NCBI RefSeq assembly: GCF_964204645.1 | Contig: NC_134035.1 | Coordinates: 6,843,101 to 6,907,100, forward strand | Direction of reading: 5' to 3' | From: Tubulanus polymorphus | Taxonomy: Eukaryota; Animalia; Nemertea | Length of the DNA stretch: 64,000 nt | Shown: in pieces, positions 35,801-50,800 of the stretch | Position numbering within the stretch: position 1 is the first letter of the stretch | How the letters are laid out: every line of letters begins with the position of its first letter | Program-made: the position numbers and the translations under genes | The notes under the pieces: generated by a model | Database searches by the model: none | The model's input: the letters and a program-made list of their open reading frames with translations, nothing else | Told to the model about the DNA's origin: nothing

Positions 35801-38800
35801 TTCTAATGGTGCGCCATGTTTCATTGCAATTCGTAATGGGTATTCTTTGGAAAGGGATCTTTTATATCCGAGAGGGTATTTTTGACCAGGCAATTATGAC
35901 GCACTTGGCAGCCATCTTGGGGTCATCAGTACTCATTCGTAGGTGGAAAAAAAGTTTTTCCACATCATAATTGATACTTAAGCATATTTTGCTATTATAA
36001 TCAATTGGAAAGTTGTAGCTCATGACATGTTCTATGATCGAGGTGAGTTTCAAGCTCATTGGTTTTTTTTATGGCCACCAGGGGGCGTTGAACAATACAA
36101 TAACTTAGTATTTCTATATTACATTCGTTCCTGCTGTCTGTGTTAACACACGATTTTACTATGTAAATGATATTGAGCAGGGAGTGTATATTGATAAATA
36201 TAACCCACAGATTACATCATTTATAAAAAGCAAATCTGACAGGCTGGCCATTGTGCCCCTTGGGGCTCTTGTTATTATTATTATAAATTTTCCACTTTCC
36301 AGCCAAAATTTTTTCATAAAATGTAACTCCTCTCAGATTCGACCACTAACAGCTTATAAACGTAATTTTCATTTCTGTCAGAAATATAACTCAGTGCCTG
36401 ACCATTTCGAATTTGCGTATAGTAATTTATTATGAATTAATATCGTGTAATAACCGGGTCTAAATAGCGACAAGCATAACGCAAAGCATTGTCATCCATT
36501 GATAAAAGTACATCCCGAAAAGCCTACAAAGACGACCTCGAGCATCAAACTCAACCGTAAATTGCGAATTCTGACCTAAAATTAGTTCGGATCCGTCATT
36601 TACTGCGGACAATATGCAGCCAACATGGTGGATGGTTGAAATCATTTTCAGCTTAAATTTATCGCAAATTTATGGCGAGTTTTAGGACTTAAATGAACTA
36701 TGATCCCTAAAATGAGTCAATTGATTAATTCTATTAGTAAATCAATTTACGTTGGCTACATTTCCTGAAGATTTCTGGCTCAAATCAACGTTATATGGAC
36801 AGGAATGGTAGGGATTTTCCTATGGAATTTTACTTCCGCGTTCATGACTCAAATCGATGACAATACAATTTAAGGTGAGAATCCACTAAGTAGGGAATGT
36901 TGGACATGATTTCTTGGTCTAACTGCAGTTAAGGTTACCTTTCCACTTTGTGGTGCTATGATATGAGTACATATGATAGCAAACGAGGTATCGAATGAAT
37001 TTATTACTACCAGTGATTCAGCCACGGGCTTCAACTATTTATAAATTTTTTTTTTCCTACAGTACCAATCTTTACCAAATCCACTATTTACTAAATAATA
37101 CCTATATATCACACACTCTCTTCCATTAGCTAGGCTCACACTTGATATTCAAAGTTAGTGACTTAGGAGATTGTTTCGAGGTCGCTTGATGTAATATTCA
37201 CTACTTATATCTTGTATCGGCTCGTGTCGCCACCTATGATAGAAGAATAAAGGTAGAGCTATAATAATGGACTCCAATGTGTTTTTTCGCTGAATCGGTC
37301 GTCGGTTTTCTTGAACATTACATTTGGCGACGAGGATGGTCGCGCCCCGTGTCTTTGTAAACAGTGTGGGAATATATTGCTGCTGATCGGGGAGATTCGT
37401 GCTGACGGTCTCATTTACTCGTAATACGTAAAATCCGATTTTATTGAGTTACACACGTGTGTTGCCACATTGGCTCGTCAGTATGTTGCAATGCCTGCGA
37501 CACTCGATGCTGTTGAAGATAGAGCGCATCGTACTGTGAAATACAAGTGTATAGTAACTGTATATATGTTAATACATACGCTGGTTTTACCTAGTGATTT
37601 CATATGTTAAGGTAAACAACACTGGAAACATGGCCGTACCGAGTGTTGACTTGGTGACATCTTTTGATGCCGAGGTAGGTGAAAGTGAAACTGCCCATGG
37701 TCCTAAATGGGATAAATGGTTATGTAGATTTGAGAACTATTTAGTTGCCGTAAACGTCGATGTCGACAATCGTCAACGTGCTTTGTAATTGCACGCCGTC
37801 GAGGCTAAAACTTTTGATATTTTTACAAACCTTCCTGATCGTGGTAAAACATACGTCGAAGCAAAGACCACTTTGATTATTTTAAGCCTAGGGTCAATAT
37901 CGAATATGAACGTGCAGTGTTTCGCAGATTGAGGCAGAATGATGGTGAAAAAATTGATTCTTATCACACCAGGTTACGTCAAGCCGCTGGAAGCTGTGGA
38001 TTCGCTGATGTTGAAGGAGAGTTGCGATCGCATATTATTCAAACAACTAGTGACTCCAAATTGCGAAAATATGGATTAAAAACGGACAGATTAATACTCA
38101 AGAACATTCTTGATATGGGTCGTAATAACGAATTAGCGCAAGAGCAAAACTCGGAGATGGAAAAGGACTTAGTCCCAGGACAGCAGGTTAACAAAGTGTC
38201 ACATCAAAATAAGCTTAAGTGGTGACCACCGTCATCGTCAACAGCTGGCCAACGCCAGGGCCATAGACAACCCCGAGAAATGGGAATTGAGTTGAAACTA
38301 AAAAGTGTTTTAACTGTGGTAAATCATATCCAAATTTTGGTGGATATGAAAAGTGTCCTACTTTTGGGAAAGTATGTCATAATTGTAACAGCAAAAATCA
38401 TTTTGCTAAATTTTGTAAACAAAGAAAACAGCGTCAAGTACACGAGGTACAAAATGCGTCCAGTGATGATGACTATGTTTTTGCTGTAAATCATGTTAAT
38501 AGTAGAAGTGTAACGAAAAAACCACCCAAGTTTCTGATTGAGTTTGACAAATGTTCTATTTTCATGACTGCTGACAGTGCTGCTACCTGCAATATACTCA
38601 ACGAAGAAACATATTTATCCAATTTTGATATGAAGCTTGATGGATGTAGTGACAAACTGAATGCCTATGGAGGCACATGTATCAGCACTGTGGGCAAATT
38701 TGTTTCTAGAGTGAAATGTGGTGAATTTTCAATTATTGATACTTTTTACATCACAAAAGGGAAATATGGTAATTTGTTAGGTGTAGACGCCAGTTGTCAG

Positions 38801-41800
38801 TTAGGGCTTCTTAAGGTAGCTAATCATGCAGTCCAAACAGTGTCTTCTGAGGATATGCAGAAATACCCTGGTGTATTTACGGGTATTGGTAAGTTGAAGG
38901 ACTTCAAAGTACACCTTCACATCGATAAATCTGTACCCCCTGTGGATCAGCGTCATAGGCGGATACCATTTCATGTGAGGGCTCAGGTCTCAAAGGAGCT
39001 ATCAGAGTTGAAAAAAAACGACATAATTGAGAGGGTAACTGAAGGCCCTACTCCATGGGTATCTCCAATTGTGGTTGTACCCAAACCTAAACACCCTGGT
39101 GCTGTTCGAATTTGTGTGGACATGCGCCAAGCCAATCGTGCCATTGTTAGAGAAAGGCACCCGATGCCTACTATGGATGATATTGTGGCTAAGTTAAATG
39201 GTGCCCATGTATTTAGTAAGAATGATCTGAAATCAGGTTATCACCAACTTGTTCTGGATGATGAATCCAGGGAGATTACCACAATTTCTACTCATGATGG
39301 TTTGTGGCGTTATAAAAGATTAAATTTTGGCATTTCTAGTGCCAGTGAAGTGTTCCAAAATGTTATTGAACAAGTTATAAAGGGTGTAGATGGTGCATTC
39401 AACATATCGGACGATATATTTGTTTTTGGTAAGGGTGAAAAAGCTGAACAGGACGATGATAAAAACCTAGACATGGTCTTAGAAGACTATAAGATAATGG
39501 CCTCACCGTGAATATGCCAAAGTGTGAGTTCAAAAAGCAAAAGATGATTTTCTATGGCATGGTATTTTCTGGGGCTGGGATCGAGCCCGATCCAGCCAAG
39601 GTAGAAGCCATTGTGAAAATGAGTGCTCCAACTAATGTAACCGAGGTTCAAAGTTTATTGGGTATGACTAATTATTGTAGTAGGTTCATAAAGAACTACA
39701 GTACGCTTACTGCTCCAATTCGTAAACTTCTCTGTAAGGACAATCCCGAAATTGTAATGCCGAAATTGTGGCATATGGTGGCCGCGCGCTCACTCCAGTT
39801 GAGCAATGATACAAAAGCCAGTTGGAACGTGAAGCTCTTGCTGTAATGTGGGCATGTGAGTACTTTCACATTTTCATATATGGTGCCCCCGTTTAATTAC
39901 AGACCATAAGCCATTAGTCACTCTGTTTGGTAACCCCAATGCTAATCCACCGTTAAGATTAGAGAGATGGACTCTACGGTTGTTACCTTATCAACCTCAG
40001 GTCATATACAGAAAGGGTAAAGACAACCCTAGTGATTATTTATCTAGACATGCATTTGACTCAGACATGAGTAAACGTGAAACCCTTGTGGCAGAACAGT
40101 ATGTAAACTTTATAGAGTGCGGGAATATGCCTAAAGCTATGACATTTGACCAGGTCGTCGAAGCCACTTTAAGTGATAAAACTTTAAGTGCCGTTAAAGA
40201 AATACTTGTTACTGATAAATGGTATTTAATGGAAACCAAATATAGCAAAAACCCTGATATTGATATGACTTCATTACAGTCATACAGCCGTGTAGCCAGA
40301 GAGCTTAGTATTAGCAATAATGGGTTAATCTTACGAGGTACTAAATTAGTTATCCCCGGTAAATTACAAAGTACGGTTGTGGCCATTGCCCATGAGGGTC
40401 ATCAGGGCCTAACCAAAACAAAAGCCCTCCTAAGGGAAAAGGTTTGGTTTCCAGGTTTAGATTCAATGGTTAAAAGAGTAGTAGATGGCTGTGTGGCCTG
40501 TGCAGCCTCTTATGAAGCCTCTAAAGTACGTGAGCCAATAGTTTATGTCTAAGCTTCCCAAAAGGAAGTGGTCAAGTTTGGCTTGTGATTTTTATGGACC
40601 TCTTCCCTCCGGAGAATATTTGCTAGTTTTGATGGATGAATACTCTAGATTTCCAGAAGTTGAGATTATAAGATCTCTGTCAGCTTCTACGGTTATACCA
40701 GTCTTAGATAAAGTATTTGCATCACAAGGAACACCGGTCAAACTTAAAACTGATAATGGTACTCCTTTTCAGAGTCATGATTTTAAGCAGTTTGCAGATC
40801 ATCTTGGTTTTAAACGCCAACGTATTACGCCATATCACCCAGAGGCCAATGGCATGGCAGAACGTTTTATGAAGACTATTGGTAAAGATTGTAAAGCTGC
40901 AACAGTTGAGGGAAAGCCCTGGAAACAGGAATTGTTTACATTTTTACAAAATTACCGGGCTACCCCTCACTCATCAACCAGTATTCCTCCTGGCACAATT
41001 TTAAATGGACAAGCATTGAAGGTCAAGCTTCCTGAATTGTCTCATGTTGACCCTACTGCTAGTTATGTTTGTAAAAAAGATAAAGTTTCTAAAGACAAAA
41101 TGAAAATGTACGCTGAGGATAGAAGGAACATTAGGAATAGTCCTATAGATATAGGTGATAAAGTGTTAATGAAAGATGTAGTTAATCTTGGAAAGTGTAC
41201 TCCAAGGTTCCAGAAGGATCCTTTTAATGTAATTGATAAAAAGGGTTCTATGGTAGATGCTCAGCGTGGCAATGAAATCAAGGTGAGGAATGTTAGCCAT
41301 TTCCGTCCTGTTAGTACTCGTAAAGATCCTTCCGGGTATGAGCCTGATGATGATGTCATTACTGAGCCACACATTGCTGAACCACATCATATTTCTGCTC
41401 CTGACAATGTTGCAGTTCAACCTCATGTTCCTCCTATCTCTAGCCGTCCTAAACGTGAAAGGACAATTCAGAAACGTTATAACGAGTTTGTTGTTAACAT
41501 CCCGGGACAATAATTGGCTGTTATCGGGTACATACAAATACGGTGTTCTTATTCTTAATTTCTATTAAATTTGATTGATTTTTTTTTGTATTCTTGTATG
41601 TTTGTTTTTTTTTGGTTTAGGGGAGATGTAATATTCACTACTTATATCTTGTATAGGCTCGTGTCGCCACCTATGATAGAAGAATAAAGGTAGAGCTATA
41701 ATAATGGACTCCATTGTGTTTGTTCGCTGAATCTGTCGTCGGTTTTCTTGAACATTACACTTGATGTGTTTATTGAGTTGTGTACGCGACCTTTAGGCCT

Positions 41801-44800
41801 ACTGAGCTTTACTGTTCTAAACAAACACAGTATAATTGTTGTGATTATTTACTGACTCACGGATTGAACTTCAAACAAAATTTGCAATAAAAAATCCGGC
41901 AACATTGCTGCGACGCGTAGTACAAAAGATTTGTTTCTTCATAATCCGAAAATAAAATTGATTTTATGAATTGAATACCCCGGAGACTATCCCCTGTTAA
42001 AAAGAGTAGGAATATGATGTTTAGGAGGGTTGAAGTGCAATAGGCCTAAGGCCCTTTTGTCCGGATGCAAGGACACGTAGGCCAACATAGGCTAGTAGCC
42101 TCTATCAGGTTAAGCTATGTTACCTGTAAAGGAGGAATCAAATTTATCAGATCGATTAATTAGGAATCAGATCGATCGAACAGAAAGTATATTGTTCGAT
42201 AGAACAGAATTCTTTCATTCAAACAAAATTTTCTTGTCATGACAATTAGTTTTTCGTTTGAACTAGTTCGACCAAAGTGTTTTTCATTCCAACGAAAACA
42301 ATTTTTCGTGGAACTAAATAGTCTTTTTGTTATATAGAGTAATCTTCATTCAATCGAAACTGAAATTATTTTCATTCGAACATTCGTTCAAAAAAATTGT
42401 TTTCGCTCAAATTTTTTTGTCGGCACAAACAATTTTTTGTTCGAACAATAACATAGCCTTATTCGAACAAAATTTTTGTCAGAATGAAAGGTTTTTCGTT
42501 CAAACAGAATTGTTTTTCGCTGATCAAATTTTTTGACGGTACAAAGAGTTTTTCGTTCGAACAATAACATAGCTTTTTAGCCCACTTGGAACTTTAGTCC
42601 CAGCAGGCTATTGCGTTCACTTTTCATCCATTGTCCGTCCGTTCGTCCGACCATCCGTCTGTCCATAGACGGAATCCAGTTATTTTGGGAAGTTTGAAGA
42701 CGCTTCAATCTAATGTCTTGATAGTTGGGTTACACATGTACCCTAGACACATCTTCAGCCCAAAAATTGGCCTTGTCAAGATGGCCGAGTGGCAGCCATT
42801 GTTGTTCACCAAAATCTGCATTTTTTACACGTTTTGAACTTTTTGAGGGAAATTTTGAAGACGCTTTGATCAATTACCTTGATCTTTCGTATATATTTGA
42901 ATGCCCCATTTGAAGGGCCCATCAGCATAAGAAAAATTGGGTCGATCGGACTCAAGATAGCCGTCCTGTGACCTTTTTGCAATTTGTGATGGGTATTTTT
43001 TGGAAAGGGATGTTTTATACCTGAGACAGGTCTATTATTGATCAGCCAATTATGACGCATTTGGTGGCCATCTTGGTGCCATCAGTACTCATTTATAGGT
43101 TGGAAACAGTTTTGCCACATTATTTTGATACCTAAGCATATTTTGTTACCACAATCAATTGGTAAGTGGTAGCTCATAATGTGTTCTATGATTTTGGTGA
43201 GTTTCAAAGTCATTGGTTTTTGTATATGGCCACCAGGGGGCATTGAATAATACAATAACTTAGTCTTACTATATTATATTCATACCTATGCATATTTTGT
43301 TACCGCAATCAATTGCAAAGTTGTAGCTCATCGTCTATGATTGTGGCGAGTTTTAAGGCCATTAGTTATTCTATATGGTCACCAGGGGGCATTGAATAAC
43401 TTAGTATTTCCTTATAACATGATCAATTGCAAAGTTTTAGTTCATGATATGTTCTATGATTGTGGTGAGTTTCAAGGTCATTGGGTTTTGCATATGGTCA
43501 CCCGTGAGCGTTGAATAGTAGAATAACTAAGTATTTCCATATTGAATTGGTAACGAGGCATATTTTGTTATCAACAAATTACAAAATCGTAGCTGCTGAC
43601 ATGTTCTATGATTATGGTGAGTTTCAAGGTTATTGGTTTTTGTATATGGTCACCAGGGGGCGTTGAATATTGAAATTGTTAGATTGTTGAGCATTTGAAA
43701 CCACCTCCCAAGTGGGCATGGTGTCCCTGGACAACATGAATATGTCCTTGTATCAAGTCAACATAGTCATGACGACTTGCCGCCTTATGTCGCTTAGTCA
43801 GTCATCTTAGTCGTCATTTTACTGGCGTCCTCATCTAGCATTTCGACGTGTCTTCAAATGATGGCTTGTCCTGTAAAAAATGGACAAAAAATTGAAATTT
43901 GTTGCGAAAACGTCACGATATTTGACGCGATGTATCGCGATATGTCAACAAAAATATGGCGACTTGTCAAGTTGGAACGAGACAACTGAGGCCCTTTATC
44001 GCTCCCGTAGAAAGTATATTGTTCGATCGAACAGAACTGTTTTCATTCGAACAAAATTTTCTTGTCGTAACAAGAAGTTTTTTGTTCGAACAAGTATATT
44101 TGATCGAAGTAATTTCATTTGAAAGAAAAAAATTTTCGTAGAAGTAAATAGTCTTTTCGTTATAAAGCGAAAAGAATATTGTTCGAGCAAATTGTTTTTC
44201 GTTCGAAAAATAACGTAGTTTTGGTTCCAACAAATGTTTTTGTCGCAAGGAAAAGTTTTCCGTTCGAAAAAAAGAATATTGTTCGATCCAACAGAATTGT
44301 TTTCATTCGAACAAAATTTTCTTGTCAGGACATTAAGTTTTTCGTTCGAACAATTTCATTCCAAAGAAAGATTGTCGTGGAACTAAATAGCCATTTCGTT
44401 CTAATGAGTCCTCTTCATTCAAGCATAATAATCTTCTCACTCGAACTAAAAGTTTTAATATGAACCTGGGTTTTCTTTTTATCCAATATTCATATTAAGC
44501 CTTTTTCAGATTGATTTCATTCCAACAAAACTTTTTGAAGAAATCGTTCGATCAAAATCGTTTTCGCTCAACTATTTTTTTTTGTTGGAACAGTTTTTCG
44601 TTTGAACAATAACATAGCTATTTATGTGAACAAATTTTTTTGTCAGAACGTAAAGTTTTTCGTTTGAACAAAAAGTAAATTGTTCTATTGACGAGAATTG
44701 TTTTCATTTGGAACAAAGTTTTCTTTTGTTGAAACATAAAGTAATCCGAGTAATCCGTTCGAACAAGGACATTGTTCGATCAAAAAGTTTTTCAATCCAA

Positions 44801-47800
44801 AGAAAAAAATTGTTGTTGAACTAAGTAGTCTTTTTGTTGCAATGTAATATTCAGAGCTATCTTCAATCGACATATAGTATCTTCTCACTTGAACAAAAAG
44901 GTATGATATTTGAACTTTGGTTTTCTTCGTATCCAATATCCATATTATGCCTTTTTCACGTTGAAGCTCATCTTCCATGTTTCTGACCACATACGGAACA
45001 CAGATTGTTTAGGTCATTTTGGAAATTTCCTAGGTCCTGTACATTTCGATTACGCACTTATCAGGACAGTTAAGAGAAGACGATTTATGATACTACCTTG
45101 TGTGACTCCACCAGATAGACCTACTTTTTTCCAGATTAGACAGTTCTGTTGATATCGGCCACCTGTTTTTCCGTTCAGAGAAATCTGCCGAGCCATTTCA
45201 GCAACCCATCATTGATACCGTTTCCATATAGCTTGTTTAGTAATGACTTATGTTGTACCTTAACAAATGCTTTTTCGAAATCCATAAAGCCTAATTAAGG
45301 CCTAACAGTCGCGTTTCCAGAGTCAAATAACCATCTGGTCCAGTCGTCCATGGTTTTAAAGTAGACCAAATTGACTAATTGTAGACCTTCCATTTATAAC
45401 ACGGGTTGACCGGTGAACAGGGTTTGAATTCCCTTCATTTTCAATTCAATAGCACGGTGGGGCTGGGTCAACATGATACACACAATCATGGTCGACACAG
45501 TATCCAGACAAGATCAAGAATAGTACGAAAATGACTGTGCAGAAAACCCATTATCGCTGCTTTGCAGCTATATTGTTTATATTGTTGTTCTTTCTTTCAA
45601 GAATACATGAAGAATTTGGTTTACATTTTGGATAAAAGAATCACGTCAGTGAATTTATACATGTTTCACGGAGGAACTAATTTCGGTTTTATGAATGGTG
45701 CAAACTCACCTGACCAGTTTACGATTACTAGTTACGGTAAGTAGACAAAATCTGGCCTCTATTCAGTCATAGAAAATCCATATTACAGAATCAATTTTGG
45801 TTAGATACATTAAACAGCTGTGCTTCAACAATGGAAAAAACTGAATATAGATTCAATTGAAAATCTGATATCGAATATAAATTATGTATTATATTCATGG
45901 ATCTGTGCTGTATTTGTTCTATGGGGTCCAGATTCTTTTCTCCATTTTCAAGTTCTGTGCCCTTCAAAAATCCATGACCCCTTTCGTGAGTTTAGTTAGA
46001 CAGAGTTGAAATTAGTTGAGATTAGATTTTTCCAGCATTTTAAACCTTAAGTCAAATTTATTTAAGAACTTAAGAAATGGATCCAAAGCTATAAACTTCA
46101 TAAGTATTTTGAATCTCATCCTTGGCAGCAGAGCATCGTGGACACAGCTCAAAATGCTCCAAAGTTTTAAAATTTTTCGTACGTTTTAACCGGCATAGCG
46201 TTGTTACATTCATTCCCTTGATCTCGTTCCATCACATCCCCAGGGAGGGACTCATGTGTCCAAATGTATTTGGCACTCAAAGTAACAGAGAGCATATCTG
46301 AATTTGGTTTAATATATTTTATTTCTTAGTTTACAGTTGTCAATTAGTGATTTACTAGCTGGACAGTATTTATACTTAAATAATAGGCCTACTCCAATGA
46401 AACCAGTTGGTTTGTTTCATCACACCAGGGGGTATTCCCTTTTCATTCATAAAAGATGTGAAACGGATCTAACGAACTATCGGATATAACAAACTTTTTA
46501 TTTTTCCTCCAGTGGTTCATTAGTACGAGGCTTGCTGGCAAACGCTGCTTGCTGGCGCTTGCCAATATACATGAAAATAAGCTTTCATTTAAACTATTAT
46601 AGCAGAGTGCTTAGTTTTCTGTTTGATAGAATTGGTAATAAATTGTAATTTCTTGTGACCTGCTAACTAATATACTTTGCAGCAAACTCTAGGTATAGGT
46701 GGTGGTCTGAATATTTTAGTGGTAAAATCCAGGATTTAAAACGATCTACTTACATACGCCGATTTTTTACGGCACTGGTATGTTATGTAGCTTCTGCGGC
46801 CATACATTGTAAAAGGTTGTCATGACTCAATATTTAGCTACCCTCTGATTGGTGATACCATGTGAATTTTACTCAAATATTTTTCAAAAAAAATTTTTTC
46901 CAAATAGAAAATAGTTTTCCTGTCTACCTGTCTGTACCCTACAAAATTTTGAAATATGTTTATTTTTGGCCTTGATTTGACGTCACGAATTAAAAAGGAT
47001 TTTCATAAGCAATGCCATGTTTTCAAGGTAAACCAGACTTTCCCCTTGGGCAATTTATTTTAAGTGATTCGGCCATGTCTGTCTCTAACAAGCTTCACTA
47101 GTAAGAAGGAAGGCCGCTTCCACTAAATTACCACTATTATTGACGAATTGACAATTAGTTGTTAAATGTTGCGCACTTACGCGTTAATTGAGGTCACTAA
47201 TCAATCAAAAGCATTACAATGGTTGCGAACATGCTCCTTACGATAATAGCTACCTACCTACTGTACAAATCTGTCTTTTTTTCTGGAGAATTGACCCTAC
47301 CTTTTGTGAAAATACAGCGTTCTATATTCAGAAAAATTTTTACGGATTTTTATTCACCTGAGAATACAGAAAAATTTGATGAGTTACAGAAAAAATCATT
47401 TTCATGTCAAATTGCATCATTCTTTCTATAATCTCTAAGAATCGCCTTTGTTAACTCAAACTCTCAATATGACACTGTACTGGTGCGCCATCTGTACTAA
47501 GATGGGGGACAAGTAATGTCACAAGTCGGAAAAAAATGTTTTTGTTCAACGTAACCCTAATACAGATTTCAAGACCTCAATACTGATTTTAAAAATGTCT
47601 TCTGGTTTGAATATTCGGCACTTCTGGAAAATTTTTTAAGATACTGATTAACTTGGACAAGTGTTCAGCAAAAGATAAAATCTAGGTTGCCGGCTCTATA
47701 GATACAGCCTGGATTGATGAAAATCATGATATTTTTTTGTGAGATCTTCATCTAGAAAACTAGCCAATTAAATATAACATGTCTTTCTCTTGCTGTTATT

Positions 47801-50800
47801 AAATCAATAGATTACGATGCTTTATTGAACGAATTTGGAAATACAACAGAAAAATTCTTCAAAACCCGTGAATTGATTCAACAATATCAGCCATTTGCAG
47901 GTATGTTAGTTTAATAAGGAATCACTTATCAATACCTTATCTTGGTAATCCTTGTTAAGATACTTTTGAAAGAGTAAATGTATGGTCAGTACCACTTGAG
48001 CCTCTCTCTCTCTCTCTGGGTTAAATATATTTTAACTGCAATTAACTTCACCAAAATCATGTATACTATGAGGCAGCATTGAACTGGAGTTATCTGTGAA
48101 GTATGTATTGATTAAGGGACAGAGATGAAAATGTAGATTCTGCTTGTTCCAACTTAAAACTGAAAGAAGTTTTATTATGACTATCCATCATATCTTTCCC
48201 ATTGCCCTGGAATTGAACTTTCGGTAGATAGTCAATTGTAAAACCACAAAAGAACGACCATATTTGAAAACTTCATCGTTGAATAGTAGCAAATATATTC
48301 CAAAAATAGAATAATCCGTAGTACAATATTACAATTGTCCAAAACTATTTAATTTTATAGAAAACCCTCATCTATGGATTTATTACTCAATGTTGAAGAT
48401 GTTTTCCATGCAAATGGAAAATTGACCTGATATAATGCTTTCTTCATAGAGCATTTACCATCTCAAGTAATAATCACTTTTCCTGTGGCCTTTTGCCCAA
48501 ACAGGTCATTTTGCCCTGAATTCCGAGACGTGTAGCTCCCAAATGGTTTACCGTTTTTCATTGAAATTTGTGATGATAATACTTTGAGAAGTGTTGGTAA
48601 ATATCCTAAACAGATTCTTTGATCAGTTAAGCGTGACGCACTTGGCAGCCATCTTAGTGTCATCACTCCTCATTTATAGTTAGAAAAAGGATTTTATGGT
48701 CATTTTGTAGCTAGTAAAAATCCTGCCGTTCACCGAACAAAACCAGTAGTATCTCTACTGCCATGGATATAGTCCCATAACGCTGTATCTGATAGAACTG
48801 ATAATCCGATAAAAAATTGGCTGTTACATGTCATTTGCCTGTAACCAATGATTAGCTACGACTATCCCTGTTGTATTTAGGATCCAAACATTGTGATGAA
48901 CTATGGAAATTTTTGAGGCGCATGAAGGGCTGACCTGTCGTTGAATTTTCTATATTGGTTTTACCTTGCAATAAAATCTTATCCCCATTACTATCCTTAC
49001 AGGTGCTCGTGCACTGATAGATTCGAAAGTAATTCATATAAACTGCGCAGTTCATAGTTTACACTAACTGGGAGAGGATTGGTAGATTATTGTCTCTGTA
49101 GGGCGGGTTTGTCACTAGCCCGTGATTCTTTTTTTAAAGCACTGCGAGTGAGGGATTTTCCTCAGGAAAATTACCCGTGGTGCCAGCCGGAATCACGTGA
49201 AGCAGTTTTCATGGAAAATGAATACAGTAACGATGTGTCAACAAGGCACAAACATTGGCTATTGAACCAATAGTGTTTATTTTTGGTGTCATGGTTTGGC
49301 TTAATGAGTTCTCGAGCCAACAAAAATTCCATAGTGATTGAGTTATTTTAAGGGGGTTTATTCTTGAAAAACACGCAAAATCCCTGCTTTTTAGCACTAA
49401 GTAATCGCACGTTTTTACATATGACAATTTGCATACTTGGAATTGAAATATATAAAAGTTCAATCCTTCCTGGAAGTGTTGCCGTTTTATGTGCGATTTA
49501 TCTCGATGTTCTTTTCGACCTACAGGCCCTCACTTATTAAACCCCCTAAATTTTTTCGCTTCTATTTATCTGAATTGACCTTGTTACTTGAGCTACAATG
49601 AATGTGATTGGCTGTTTGTGGGATATACGGGAATTCTGGGAAATTCGGCGCTTCTGATGTAATTGGGAAAGCCCATTGGGAAAGCCCAATGTGGAACCCA
49701 AAACAAAATGGTGAGCATTTCATTTGACTAGGTATCGTATGTTCACTTCCGAACAAGCAAGTATGACGATACCAATGAAGTTTTGGCTTAGATTTGTCTT
49801 GTCAATGCCTTAAAGACCTGCTAACCCGTATGGTTTAACCGCGGCCATCGGCTTTTTTGTGAACCGTGTTACTGCTCTACTCTATTCAATTCTAGTACGA
49901 AGAATTGTGAGAAGTGATAAATTAATAATGGACTAAATTGTCTGTAGACAATCGCGGGCAGTGGAATGCTCTCATCTATTCATCTATCTAATCAGCAGTC
50001 AGTTTTTTCAACACTGATTTAGAGGTGGGAACTAGTCTACACACAGATTGCTATTGTACTACGGAAATCCGTGTGAAGCGATCATTAGAGAATGTACAGT
50101 ACGGTTATCACACGCGTGCTGTTAAAAAAACAAACACAGATGAGACTAGGAGGGTCACGCGTGTATATTTCCGTCGAGTACTGTACCCTTTCCTATGGTT
50201 TTTGCCAATATTTTCTAAATTTGGATTTATCGCCAATGGTTTTTCTATACGACCCGGCCCTGCGGTATTGCATTTAGCCACCGGCGAAATCCGTCATCTT
50301 TTTTCTTGGCGTTCTCGCAGTAGAACGCGTTGGATTTTTTCGCCGTAAAAATCTGGGAATTAGGATATTAGGGAGTTTTCACTCTCATAACGGTGAGTCC
50401 GTTCGGTTTGGGGGTTATCCCTGATTTCTTTTTTTCCGTAAGAATTTTATTTACAAATATAATTTGATTGAATTGAATTGTTTTGATTTGTAACAGGATA
50501 ATTATGCCACCCCCTCCTAAGGGTCAGCATCGTGGCGGGGAGGGATGCGGGCATTTGTTTGGCGCCTGGGACAACCACGATTCATGTGCGTCGTGCAGGC
50601 GCAAATCCGGTCAAATATGTGCAAGGAGCAATCCTTGCAATATTTGCGTCGTGTGGTCCGAGGACCTTTGGCTTCGGGCCGATAAGGCTCTTAAACTAAG
50701 AGATCGTCGTCGAGTTAGCAGGGATTCGTCGGTTTCGGCCGATGTGCCAACCGACGTTTCTAATCCTGTTTCTTATCGTAAAGCGGAGCGGTCGCCGGTC

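Noticed and set aside
42327-44990. Phe-rich small ORFs
   Set aside because: Translations of the TTCGAACAA repeat with no protein motifs.
50025-50348. ORFs at the DIRS termini (also 55876-56100)
   Set aside because: They translate the inverted terminal repeats and flank.
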